Origin: Massalongia carnosa
Lineage: Eukaryota
Assembly (NCBI GenBank): GCA_965645245.1
Contig: OZ287083.1
Location: 682,001 to 746,000, forward strand
Direction: 5' to 3'
DNA length: 64,000 nt
The position numbers and the translations under genes are program-made. This document shows, one piece after another, positions 25,152 through 37,061 of this stretch. The notes beneath the pieces were generated by a model, which had not been told where the DNA came from, searched no databases, and saw only the letters and a list, made by a program, of their open reading frames with translations. Each line of letters opens with the position of its first letter. The first letter of the stretch is position 1.

Positions 25152-27227
25152 TCAACTACCACTTGAGTTCTCTTTTTGACGTCGAGCCAACTTCAGACTC
25201 TTTTTAACTCCTTTCATACTTCGCCTGGGTCGAACCATCCTTTTGCTATATGGAACAGATCTCCGACCACCATGCAGCCATGCATTCATAGTTTGGCGAG
25301 CTCCAATATGCTTTCCCTCTGGGCTAAAAACTTCCACAGTTGGGAAAGCCTCTGTACTATTCACGTCTTCACCCTCATTTTCGGCATCTCCAGTTTGTCC
25401 CTTTCGCACCTGCGCCACAAGTTCTACCCATCCACAACCTTCAATCAAAATGTCTGTAGAAAATACAACGAATGAAAGTATTTTTGGATTCAAGCCAATG
25501 GCAGTAGGTGACGTTAGGGGACCAGCACGCTTCCTAGTAACATCCCCATTCAACTGAAAAGTGCCAGCAGAGAGCATATTTGTTCCGACGCCTGGTTTTG
25601 TGATCGAGGGTACACCAGAAGATCGCTGCTCAGTATGAATCGCAATCGCCTTCTCAGTTGACGTAACATGACCTTCTAAGGGTAGAAAAGGGTATGCTAA
25701 AACTGTCACCCCGGTGGTTTTCGGGGTGATCCGGATGAGACGACCTAGTAGAAGTGACTGGCCAGGTTTAAGAACGAACTGCTCAGGTTTCGGTCGATGT
25801 TGCATAACAAGATCTAGCTTATTTTTATCGGCGACATAATCGTCTAGATTTCCACGTGCTAATCCCGGTAGATCTATAAGTTCACCCTTTCCACCGCCAA
25901 AAAGATGTCGGATCGGCGAAGCAGTTGTACCAGGCATCGAAGAAACAACAGGCATAATTGGAAAAGGTTGTTCCTGTGGTGCTGGAGGAAGCATGCTATC
26001 TTCCTGTAAGTAATGTTCATCGAGGTTGGGTAACCCCATGGATCCTTGCAAAGCCCGTATACCCAGTTTTTCCGATCGATTCCCGACCTGGTTCAACATG
26101 TCATGGCTACCATTTTCGCTCTGTCCTTCAGCATCTCGCAAAGAACCAGTGTTAAGCTCTTCATTCCGTCCTTTTGGAAATACGCATTCAAATAGGCTGC
26201 TCTTCCCAACGTTCACCTTTCCGACCATCCATCCACCTCCTCCACGATTCCATATCTCTTCTTTCAAGTTTCTCGTCCACCAACCCCTTTTAGAGCTGAC
26301 ACAGCATACATTTCCTAACCGGATATCTCTGGCAGAAGGTCCTAATGCATCACGTAGTACTTGAACAAGATATGGCATCATTGCATCAACCTGCTCTTTC
26401 TTGGGAGCCAAGAGGTCTGAGCGTGTAATTACGAAGCTCAATTCCGCTTGTCGCCCATGATAAAACTTATGTGTCTTGGCCCGGCGATTTAGTGATCGCT
26501 GGGGCGTCAACGACAAATGTTGATGTAGCTGCGGTATCACTGAAAGGGGAAAGTCGGCTGCATCGAGAACATGGTAGATGTGATTGTATTTGTAAGGCGA
26601 TTCGGATATAATATCCTGTATTGACTGCAACGTCGGGTGTATTATTGAGACACCAGTATGGTGATGTAGCAAATCATGGCAACGGTCACATATTGGCATG
26701 GAAACAGGTTTCTCGCGGTTTGATACTACCTAAAAAGTCAACTATTTGTTCAGCCTAAGGTTAAGGGAAGGGGACTTGGTTTATAGCAGACCAGAAAGAC
26801 CGCATCCTCCCTTTAAATCCCAATCCTGCCCAAGCGCCTGGTTTGCAAACCCTAGAGACTGCTCAAATGCTTTTCTTTCATGTCCTTCCCTGAAGTTACG
26901 TCCTTGCTGTCCCACAAACGCCTTCACAGTCTTTCGATTGATGTTGTAAAACCCAGCTGTATCCGGGGATATAGTTTGTGAGAAAGCACCGCATCCTGGG
27001 CAAGACTTAGGCAAAGCAAATAGCTGCGAGGATGACGTTGAGTCTGCGGCAGGCTTTGCGATTGTCTCTTGCTGTAATAACCGCTTTTGCAAGCTTGAAT
27101 GGTGAGCCTGTAGTTGCCACTGGGCCCTGGGAGTTAACTGGAGACTGCTAAACACGCGGCGGAAAGATACAGGTATTAAAGACTTGCTGGACAGTATTTT
27201 TGATACGAGTTTAGTGAGGGAGGCCAT
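25152..27227 (-). CDS. GEP3: Mitochondrial circularly permuted GTPase Gep3/Mtg3
   Basis: CPGCG and CDRCH Zn motifs, DAADFP, TRSDLL (G4), VGKVNVGKS (G1), PGTT (G2), DLPG (G3); one intron near 26730-26790. Confidence 0.9.
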
Positions 27228-27475
27228 GAAGAAATTGCGGTGGCTAACATTTCATTGTTTAAACGTGAAATACCTACACATCGAAATCACTGATAACAAC
27301 CTCACTGGTTAACAACCATTAATGTATCTAATAGGCAAATCATGGGTTTGACATTATGTGTAGCGTCACCAGATTTATGGTGAGCAGGGAATCAACATTG
27401 GGAGTAAATATAAGAAAAATCTAGGCACTGTCGGACGTATATGTATTAAGTGATCGATTATATATTTTATGTACT

Positions 27476-27624
27476 GAAAATAACGACCAACCAGCCAAAC
27501 TTCCCTCACCGTCTATGTGATAACTATGCATTGTCACCTGCTCTAGTACTGAAATTCGTAGCTGTAGAATATAGTCACTGCCATCCCCAGCTCCTTCGCC
27601 CTTGCCCGCTCTATTTTTCGTCAA
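27476..27624 (+). repeat. Left 149-bp inverted repeat
   Basis: Reverse complement of 31183-31331 with 6 mismatches, all transitions (compared by hand). Confidence 0.95.
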
Positions 27625-27645
27625 ATTGTCCCCCCATTCTTCGAC

Positions 27646-30093
27646 ATGAAACTAAGAGGTCCTCGCTCAAAACGAGCGAATACCGGGCCTCCAAATGCCT
27701 CGACAGAGCCTGTAAAGGCAAAGATAAAACTGACCTTGGCGGGGCCGAAGGGCAAAGATGCTGTCGACGACGATGATCCCATATCGACGCCAACCTCAGC
27801 TCCGAAGGCATCTCGCAGGCAAAAGATCGTTCCCAAGACAAAGCCCCCCCCCCAAGCAAAGTCTTCCAAAGCAAAGCCTCCCAAAGCAAAGCCTCCCAAA
27901 GCAAAGCCCCCTCCCATTATCAAGCCCAGGCCGCCTCCCGGCTCGAATTATTATGCATCCCTAATGGTCCCGGATGACGAAGATGATACAATTGACTCGG
28001 AGAATGACGTAGATGTAGAAAGTGTCGAGGGGAATGTCGAGGAGATTGCCGAGGGGAATGTTGAGGAAGAAGTCGAGAGTGCTGAGGAGAATGTTTTCGT
28101 TTCTGCTGCAAAGAAGATTGTCAAAAATGCCACTACTAGAAAGCCAAAGTCAAATCCACGTACCAAGACCAAGAAGACGCCCTCGTCAGACTCGCCCATT
28201 GTCATCACCTACCTGCTGAATGTGACGGTGATGTTTGAAAAGGATGTCGTTCATCAGATGTCCAGTACTCGAAAAGTTAACTCGGAATCGGAATTCGAAA
28301 AGAGATTCTTTTTCAGACCTCATCTCAATGAGATGAGTTTAAAGGCTCAACGTCATGCAGATGACAAAACTTTTGCTTGTCGACTAGTCAATGTCAAAGC
28401 CACTGTTGCATGGAATGGCATCAAACCTCAAGAACGTATGTCTCTGATGTTGGAAGAGTCTTGGCTTCCAATTGAAGAAGTCTTGATTTTCCGATATGAG
28501 AATGGAGCAAAAAGTTTGGCCGTCGATCTAATCTATCAATTCGCTCGGACCAAAAGCGGTGAAATTCCAGAAGATCCGACTGCTGCCGTTTCCAAAAAGT
28601 TGGGAACGGCCACCTTGAAATTGCAGAAGGAGTTGGAGGAGAGGGCCATTCTTCATGGTCAGACAGTTGAAAGAATGACGGCTCTACAATCTCTGCATGT
28701 CTGTAAGAAGAAGACATGTGAGAATTTCGGCCGATACTGTTGGAACGATGAAGAAAGAGATCAACATTACATTATCAGCAGTCATCAGTTCGTGGCTTGG
28801 AATAAGGCATTGGATGATGACGTTTCGGGAGTCACTTCTCAGATGCCTCCATCGACTATCAGGGAAAGTATGTATTCGCAAAAAGGTAAAAGGAAGACTG
28901 CATCATCGACTCCGAAACAGGAAAGTCAGGAAGATTCGACCAGACATTTGCATCCCATCTATCAGCATCCCGCGTATCAATCCTTCCCCCCCTGGGCATT
29001 TGGACCCCCCTCGACGTTTGTCAACCCCTCAGCATTTGCCAACCCCTCGGCATTTATTCCTTCTTCACCACTTCCCCAGCTTCATTCGTCCCAGTTTCCT
29101 TCTTATTCTCCTTCTCAAGCTTCCGACTTCAGACGTCATCGAGACGAAACGCCTGTGGATCGAAGAGATCGTCAAGGAAGTTATGCCCCCTCCGTCGTCG
29201 CCCCTCCCGCCGCTCCGAGCAGTCCAGTGGAGGAAGATTTGGAAGACTATGTCAATTGGCATATCCAATCCAAACCTCATCTGAAAGGCGTACTGAGGCA
29301 TGCGTACGATCGACTGATGGAAAGGTGGGTACGATTTAATGACTATCCAGACATTAAAGGGTATTGAGCATCAGTCCTTCTGGTCGAAGCTGAGTATTCC
29401 TCCCGGTATCGGAATTCAGCTGGCACGAGATGTCAGCAAATTTGGAAGACAGATGCAGATGCAAATGCCTCCGCCTTCCTCTCGGCGAATGCATCCGCCC
29501 CGTCTCGGCAAATGTCTCGACGTCCACGTTACCTGCCAACTTCGCAAATGACCACTCAGGCCAATACTCAGGTCATAAAAGAGGTGGATGAGGAAGAGGT
29601 GGATGAGGAAGAGGTGGATGAGGAAGAGGTGGATGAGGAAGAGGTGGATGAGGAAGAGGTGGATGAGGAAGAGGTGGATGAGGAAGAGGTGGATGAGGAA
29701 GAGGTGGATGAGGAAGAGGTGGATGAGGAAGAGGTGGATGAGGAAGAGGTGGATGAGGAAGAGGTGGATGAGGAAGAGGTGGATGAGGAAGAGGTGGATG
29801 AGGAAGAGGTGGATGAGGAAGAGGTGGATGAGGAAGAGGTGGATGAGGAAGAGGTGGATGAGGAAGAGGTGGATGAGGAAGAGGTGGATGAGGAAGAGGT
29901 GGATGAGGAAGAGGTGGATGAGGAAGAGGTGGAGGAGGAAGAGGTGGATGAGGAAGAGGTGGATGAGGAAGAGGTGGATGAGACACTAGGGGAGATAAAA
30001 AGGGTTGATCCGAGAATGGAAGATGCCATTGAGGAGGATGAGTTGGAAAATACGTATAATCTAGAATACGACTATGCCGAAGAAGAATATTAG
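27646..30093 (+). CDS. Transposon-borne ~815-aa protein (basic N-terminus, Cys/His Zn-finger-like domain, Pro-rich linker, helical domain, EVDEE tail), two apparent frameshifts
   Basis: 573-aa ORF joins 29339-29551 by removing one G near 29326-29328, then joins 29512-30093 by adding one C near 29498-29501; motif HVCKKKTCENFGRYCW...H. Confidence 0.65.
27855..27915 (+). repeat. 15-bp coding repeat (KAKPP)
   Basis: GCAAAGCCTCCCAAA-like unit about four times. Confidence 0.8.
29581..29982 (+). repeat. 15-bp minisatellite GAGGTGGATGAGGAA (EVDEE)
   Basis: 26 full units plus a 12-nt partial; one variant unit at 29926-29940. Confidence 0.98.
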
Positions 30094-30144
30094 ATTAGAT
30101 TTCGAAATGAGACAGACAAGATGTCTGCAGACAGCAATCTAGAT

Positions 30145-31181
30145 CTAGATCTGAATAGTGGGATACTGAATACCGGCCATTCTAAATAAATTTCCCGGGT
30201 CTCCCATTCGACTTCTTTCTTTGACTGCATCCCGAAGAAATTGTCCGAACCCTCCATACACCTCTGTATATGAGAGACTCATCTCTCCATTTCGACGAAT
30301 CCATGCTTTCAGCAATGCAAACGACGTCTCAATTGGATTGAAATCCGGAGACTAAGGAGGTAGTCTTGCCAAGGTGACGTTGGCAGCCTCACACATCTGA
30401 ATGAGATCGTCATTCCAATGAATTCGAGCATTATCTAACACTAAAACAGATCTAGGACCTCCGTCGGCAGTGCAATGAGGAAGGACGTGATTTAGAACAA
30501 AATCATTGAAGATCAATGCAGTTATGGAGCCCTGATGCACCTCCCAAGCTATATATCCATCGACCGTAAATGCAGGAAGAATGCTCCATCTCTTTGACCT
30601 TCTCAAATCCTGAACCATGGTCGCAGGAACACCGGCCGGTGCCCAGCCGTATCGACGATCACCTATATATGAGATGAGAAGAAAGATGAGAAGAAGATAG
30701 GAAGATAAATACCGGTTCTTTCACACGCGGCACTTTCGTCTAGGAAGACCAATTGCTCGGCAGTCCAACCTCCTAGTCGTTGCATCCAACCGTCGCGTAG
30801 AGTTTGATTCCGTTGAGCTGCCTGACGTCTCACCTTCTTTCGATTCCAACCAAGTCGTCTGAGGGCACGACTGACAGTGGATTCGTCGACGGAAATCTGA
30901 AATTCATCCCAGACAAACCAGCACATTTCATCCAGGTAGGCATGGGGGCGTTGCTCCAGGAATTCCAACAGTTGCAATTCATGATACTGACTCAACTTTC
31001 TAGGTCGATGACCAAGAGTTATTTGTGGAGCGACGTCTCCAAAATTCGTCCAATTGGACCTCATCAATTGCACCTGCCGAAGACTGACTCCGGTGACAGC
31101 TGCTATTCTTTTGTTATCGTCATTTCTTACAAATCTGAGGGTAATTGTCTCCCTCATGGCGGGACTGAGGGGGCGAGGCAT
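30145..31181 (-). pseudogene. Tc1/IS630-family DD34E transposase with one intron and a premature stop
   Basis: HTH N-terminus (YLDEM, STVSRAL), FLDES, intron ~30664-30711, YGWAP, LDNARIH, LPP*SPDFNPIE (TAG at 30352-30354 where Tyr is expected). Confidence 0.9.
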
Positions 31182-31182
31182 C

Positions 31183-31331
31183 TTGACGAAAAATAGAGCG
31201 GGCAAGGGCGGAGGAGCTGGGGATGGCAGTGACTATATTCCACAGCTACGAATTTCAGTACTAGAACAGGTAGTAATGCATAGTTATCACATAGACGGTG
31301 AGGGAAGTTTGGCTGGTTGGTCGTTATTTTC
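31183..31331 (-). repeat. Right 149-bp inverted repeat
   Basis: Partner of 27476-27624; ends 1 nt before the transposase ATG. Confidence 0.95.
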
Positions 31332-31506
31332 GCTAAATTTTGAGGTGTCGTGGCCATTTCAGGGTCCGCGCAGACCCTTTTGCAAGCGACAGTATCTAAA
31401 ATAGATATGCAATTTCGCTCGATATCTTAAAATCAATATCATGGAAAAGTAAAACCATAACTTTGAATGAAAGATCATTTTTATATTATTATACAATAAG
31501 CGGCCA

Positions 31507-32385
31507 CTATTGAGTTGCTACAACTTTAGATGAATTACCGTTGTTGTCCTGTCCTTCAGTTGACTCGTCGCTCATATATTCATCATCACCATCATCGTCG
31601 AAGCCGAAATAGGACTGCGTAAGGTTGTTCTTCGCTGATCTTCGGGCGCTTGTTCCGTGATTGTGCTTGTCAAGGTTTTCGTCCTCATTCTCATCACTTG
31701 TCTGATCTGATCCTCCCCCAGAACTGCCACCTGATATTCGCATAAGATTATCTTGATATCCACCCGTCTTCATAGCGGCAAAAACAGCCTCTCTGGTCCG
31801 CTCTCCTACTTCCTCTTTATCCTCCACCCACCTCCCATCCACTCGCCCTTTCGATCCGTTTCTAATTTCTTCCTCCCTCTTTTCAGCCAAGTTAGCCACT
31901 TGTTCCCAACGCTTTCGCCGAGCTTCCTTCACTTTCTTGTCCATGTCTGGCTTAAGCGCCAAATACTCGGCAAGTGCTTTTGCTTCCGTTATGGTTCTTA
32001 GACGTCGGCCATCCAAATTCCGGTTGGAGCTATTCGCCTCCCCTTGATTCTTCTTACGACGAGACGACATACGCCCTCCTGCTGCTCGTAGTTGTGAGCC
32101 GAAACCACCCTTTCCACCACATAACGGGACAGACAGTCGAATCGGGAGGAATGCATCGGTATCACAAGACAGTAAAGAAGCGATGGGCGCTGAAGAGAGC
32201 GGCTGTATCTCTCTATTCGCAGTAGTTGTAAGGATAAGTCGGCTTTTCAGCTCAGGTAGGTAGCATAAGAGTTTTGTATAAAAGTCCTTGATGGGTGCAG
32301 AGGAAGAAATAGGAATAGATAGTGTGGCTGGCAAGCTGAGACCAGAAAAGGTGGTAAGAAGTACATTGATCATCTTGGGAGCCAT
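31507..32385 (-). CDS. SDE2: Sde2 ubiquitin-fold splicing/telomere-silencing factor
   Basis: LCGGKGGFGSQLRAAG cleavage motif; SNRNLDGRRLR. Confidence 0.93.
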   Translation of the reverse strand: MAPKMINVLLTTFSGLSLPATLSIPISSSAPIKDFYTKLLCYLPELKSRLILTTTANREIQPLSSAPIASLLSCDTDAFLPIRLSVPLCGGKGGFGSQLRAAGGRMSSRRKKNQGEANSSNRNLDGRRLRTITEAKALAEYLALKPDMDKKVKEARRKRWEQVANLAEKREEEIRNGSKGRVDGRWVEDKEEVGERTREAVFAAMKTGGYQDNLMRISGGSSGGGSDQTSDENEDENLDKHNHGTSARRSAKNNLTQSYFGFDDDGDDEYMSDESTEGQDNNGNSSKVVATQ

Positions 32386-32619
32386 GTTGCTTGATGGATA
32401 TTTTGGCTTGCGGATGATGTGGATGATGTGTTACAAAGTAGATTGATGAAGTTTCATCCGAAAGCGACTTGACTAGATTAGTTATCTTATCAAGCTAGGT
32501 GCTAGGGCCACAGCCCTAATACTTCGCCTATGCTGATCGCCATAATTTCTTAAACCCTCAACTTTCAAAAGCAGCATTGATTGAAGCGATTCCCCGAAGT
32601 GTAATAGGAACTCGCAATC

Positions 32620-33278
32620 ATGTCAGTGGCACATTGAGACATTTTGTAGTTTCTCTTTCTGACTCGTATCTACAGGCTTATCCCGAAAGCTGACCGCAAG
32701 AAAATTCATGAATACCTCTTTCGCGGTATGTGTTCGTATTATTAAATCTTGATAAATTAAGGAAAGCTAATTAGAAACTATAGAGGGAGTACTTGTTGCT
32801 AAGAAAGACTTCAATCTGCCGAAACACAATGAGATTGATACTAAAAACCTTTATGTGCGTCCCACATTGCCAGAGAGCCCGAAACAAAGCTCACAGAACG
32901 CAGGTTGTGAAAGCTTGCCAATCTCTAACGTCTCGCGGGTATCTTAAGACTCAGTTCTCTTGGCAGTGGTATTACTATACGCTTACCCCGGAGGGCCTTG
33001 ACTACCTCCGCGAATGGCTACATCTACCAGCCGAGATCGTGCCCGCAACACATATCAAACAGCAGCGCTCGCACGCTCCTCCTAAAGGCATGATGGGAGG
33101 GGATGATCGTGAGCGCCGACCTGGTGGGCGTGGGGCACCTCGTGGGGATCGTGGTGAACGTGAAGGCGGATACCGGAGACGTGATGCAGGAGACGGAAAA
33201 GAGGGCGGTGCACCAGGAGAATTTGCCCCTACCTTCCGTGGTGGCTTCGGTCGTGGACGTGGTGCTCCACCTGCTTGA
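32620..33278 (+). CDS. RPS10: 40S ribosomal protein S10 (eS10)
   Basis: MLIPKADRKKIHEYLFREGVLVAKKD...FSWQWYYYTLTPEGLDYLREWLHLP; three introns, the first splits the ATG. Confidence 0.97.
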
Positions 33279-34563
33279 TATGGTGCAACTGGTTAAGATA
33301 GCATCAATGGTTATATGACAAACATGTGCTTGGCGGTAACTCGTTCGATTCGGCAAGAGGAAGCGTCAACTAGGCACATGTCTATGGAAGTAAGAGAAGT
33401 TTACAGCTAAATAGTTGATGGGACAATCAGATTTTTGCTGTCATATATGGAATACCCCCCCCCCCTCCCCTCCAAAAATACATGCATCAATGTTGTAGAG
33501 CAATCTTTCAAAGTTAGGTTTCATAAAATACGGACGATGAGGCCCTTGGGATAATTCTTAGATTTGGACATAAGGATTATCCGTCTAATATGCTGGGTAT
33601 TTACCAAACAAAACATAAGTCCTCTTACTGCCCGACGCTTCAAGCTACTCAAACAGGGCCATTTGATTCCCATTTTAAGTATCCATCAACTTATTCTGAC
33701 GGTTCTCCGTAAGCAGGAGCTGTGTCCTGCAGCACTGGACCACAAATGTTAGGAGAAACTACAACACGAGTAATAAGCATTGTCTATTATAGAATTTGAT
33801 GACACAAAGTTAACGATAAGCAATCTAGATTAAAGATTGAAATGAAAAACATTGATAGTCTTCTCAATCGTTGAAGAACATGAGGTAAGAAATCATACTC
33901 TCTGTCTAGCAGCTCATCTATCCTTCCCCCAGATCACCACCAGTGCAACAGGCAACCTTGAGGCGGGTTAAATTGTCTGGAAACTTGACTTTAGGTGCTG
34001 GGAGTGGTTCCTCGTTGGCTCATTGATCAGCTTTGCCCCAAGACTGCTCCTTATTCACCCAGCACACGACTGAGGTGCCGGCGAGATATGATGTCAGATT
34101 CGAATCGGCCTCTCGTGACTTGTAGGTGACGCCACTTTGGCGAATAAAGGAGTCTCTTGGAACACTTGCTAGTTATAGAAAATCTGACGGGACGGATTTG
34201 CCTTACCAATTATGTCGCCTAATCTATTGAAGGAGTAAGAGACATAAGCAGGCGCACTTGCTACATCGTCTGGGTTATGCAAATCATTCAAAGAATTTTC
34301 AAAGGCTGGAAAAAACTGTTATCATAAAGGTTGCCGCGACGAAAGATGGAAGACTGAATATCTCAGTTAAGATGGTGGCAGAAGATTCATATATAGAAGG
34401 TAAAACATTTGTAGCGAAATGTGTCAGCTTATGATGGCCAGCAGCGGCGAACCCAAACTTGAGATACTTTCATACAACTTGAAAAGAGCATGTATAAGAC
34501 ATCAAAGATGATTAAGGCTAGTATCGACAGTACGACTAACTACACAGCACAAAAATCAAGTTA

Positions 34564-35028
34564 GGCCCCGTTCGGTAACCTCCTTATAATGAAAAAGGCC
34601 TTCCGTTCGGTTCGGCCTCCTCCTTATTTTTTAAGGAGTCTCCTTCGCGGCAAGTTCTATAATTGGTATATTGCAAAGGGTCTGCAGGGATTGTTGCAGG
34701 GGGCCAAAAAAAGGTGGTCGCGAGGTCCTTTTTTTATTAAGGAGGGTTCTATTTGCCTCTGTATTCGACGATTGTATGTCTTTTAAATATGGAACACTAC
34801 TTGCAGCGACGATCGCAAACAGCGACGGTTATCAATTTAATCTTGATGAGAAAATTTCCCAATCTAATTCTGACTACTCAGCATGAGTCGAATAGAGGCA
34901 AAGAATATACGACGAGTTTACTTGTCAATAGCTTCTTATTGTAGCCGCGAATAAGACGCTATAAACGCACGGACACCAGCTTATTCAGGGTGCAAAAAGG
35001 AGCAGTCTTAATGTTACCGAACAGACCC
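34564..35028. mobile_element. PIF/Harbinger (Tourist-like) MITE
   Basis: TIRs GGCCCCGTTCGGTAAC / GTTACCGAACAGACCC (13/16 match); TTA at 34561-34563 and 35029-35031; no coding capacity. Confidence 0.75.
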
Positions 35029-36166
35029 TTACATGGATAGAGCTAACAGTGAATGGACGAAAAGGAGCAAAAAATGGGTGCATGAGATTCCTTGGGCTCA
35101 TGCGCCACCTCCCATAGATCGAGCCCAACTGTTGTTTCATTGTTACGTTTTTCCTTGTTCTAAACATGCAACCTATCAATTCCTCTCCGAAGCATATTTT
35201 CATCGTTACGTACTCGTACCCTGGTGCTCCATATATACATACCTACCGATATAGCTTGTCCAAGATTCTGATCCTGTTTACTCGGGTAGGTAAGGCAGCT
35301 AATCAATCCAATCTCACTGCTCTCGTAACCTCCTCATCAAGGAGATAGGTACCTAGTCATCTAAAACCAAACAATAACCACTTTTAGCCATTGCTATTTG
35401 CTGCACTTGGGCCTTTTTTTTGGCATAGTGAGCCTTCGATAGGAGGGCGGTTGATGTAGGCACGCGTTTGGTACGAGGACCTTTGATAGAAATGTACTTA
35501 CCTACTTGATTGCGTTAAACTAAGGTAGAAAACGATCAACGATCATGGATCATGGAAGTAGTGTGTACTGAGTAGCGCTTTGAGTCCAGAGGATTCTAAG
35601 ATTGCTCTACCACGTCACGCGGGTGGCAGAAACAGGCGGACACCAAAATTCCCTCGCACCACTTACACCTTAATTTTTCATCGTACATGCACACGTTTAT
35701 CAATTCTTTACGTGCAATGAAGCCTGTTTTAAAGTCACGAATGACTTAAAATACTGACATACCACTCCTACCAAGGCGAAATGAATGATAAGATGACTGG
35801 GTGGTAAATCGTTTTGTAAATGATAGCAGCTTCAAAGTTGATTATATTCGCTTATTTCGGTGTCCCTGTTTCTGTCACGCGCTGCACGTCTAGCTCCACT
35901 AGCTCCCACATTTAGGCTTAGCTTGCTGAAGCGATCATAACTCGCTTGTAATGCGCAAGCGCACAAAACCTTGAGTGGAAGCGTTCTATCTTCGAATCTC
36001 ATTTATATCCTAAGACGAAAAGAACTACCCTCGGAGCTGAATTCTAAAGGTATACTGATCATTCCTAAATCAAATTCTCAGAAGCTGTCTATTTTTTATT
36101 TGGCAAATATGATTAAGGCTTCATAGATGATCTTCTGCAAGCCTAATGCTGACATGTGAGGCATAG

Positions 36167-37061
36167 ATGGGGGCACTCAAATATGTTGAGGAACTTCAAA
36201 AGAAGAAGCAGTCCGATGTTCTGCGATTTCTTTTACGTGTGCGATGCTGGGAGGTAAGGTGGTTCCTAATTCCTTTTAGACTGGCAGCCAAGCTTCCTGG
36301 GGTGTACTGTGGGAAACAATGGTGTCATGAAACCACTGCCCTGCTATGCTGTACATGGGCGTTACTAAAAGCAAATTATGTCAGCTTCGACAACTCAACG
36401 TCATTCATCGAGCGTCGCGCCCGTCCCGACCAGACAAAGCTCGCCGTCTCGGTTACAAGGCCAAGCAGGGTTATGTTATCTATCGCGTGCGTGTGCGTAG
36501 GGGAGGAAGGAAGCGACCTGTACCAAAGGGAGCTACTTACGGTTTGTTCTGAGCATTTCTTCTCTGAGAACGTTCGCTAAAATCCTTGAATGAAGGCAAA
36601 CCGACCAATCAAGGGGTGAATCAGCTCAAATATCAGAGATCACTCAAGTCTACGGCCGAAGAACGTGTTGGGCGTCGCTGTGCAAATCTTAGAGTGTTGA
36701 ACTCTTACTGGATCAATCAAGACTCTACCTACAAGTATTTTGAGGTCATTCTAGTGGATCCACAACATAAAGCCATTCGTCGTGATTCGCGAGTGAACTG
36801 GATTGTGAAGCCTGTCCACAAGGTATGTCATATCTGGCTATTTTTGGGAAGGTCAAACCTAACTTCGTTTAGCATCGCGAATCGCGTGGCCTCACCGCGA
36901 CAGGCAAAAAATCGCGCGGTTTGGGCAAAGGTCATAAGTTCAACAAGACCACTGCTGGACGACGAAAGACCTGGAAGAGGCACAATACAGAGTAAGTTTG
37001 ATACTTTTGGTCTGAAACCGTTGTTGACATTTTATGCAGGAGCTACTGGCGCTATCGTTAA
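36167..37061 (+). CDS. RPL15: 60S ribosomal protein L15 (eL15)
   Basis: [29 protein letters not shown]...[15 protein letters not shown]...[17 protein letters not shown]; four coding introns and a probable intron ending right before the ATG. Confidence 0.97.

Larger units (their letters stand above)
27424..31396. mobile_element. Two-gene Tc1/IS630-like DNA transposon
   Basis: 149-bp inverted repeats at 27476-27624 and 31183-31331; candidate outer ends TA|GGCACTGTCG...CGACAGTATC|TA; DD34E transposase plus a convergent second ORF. Outer ends are less certain than the IRs. Confidence 0.8.

Noticed and set aside
29581..29982. CRISPR-like array
   Set aside because: Head-to-tail 15-mers with no spacers, eukaryotic context, no cas genes.
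29568..30029. Alternative-frame ORFs (poly-S/T, HPPLP, MRKRW)
   Set aside because: By-products of a stop-free repeat. The EVDEE frame continues into acidic unique sequence and joins the upstream gene.
36049..36384. Intronic snoRNA in RPL15 introns
   Set aside because: The only C-box-like ATGATTA is ~40 nt from a CTGA that doubles as the branch site; no recognisable guide or terminal stem.
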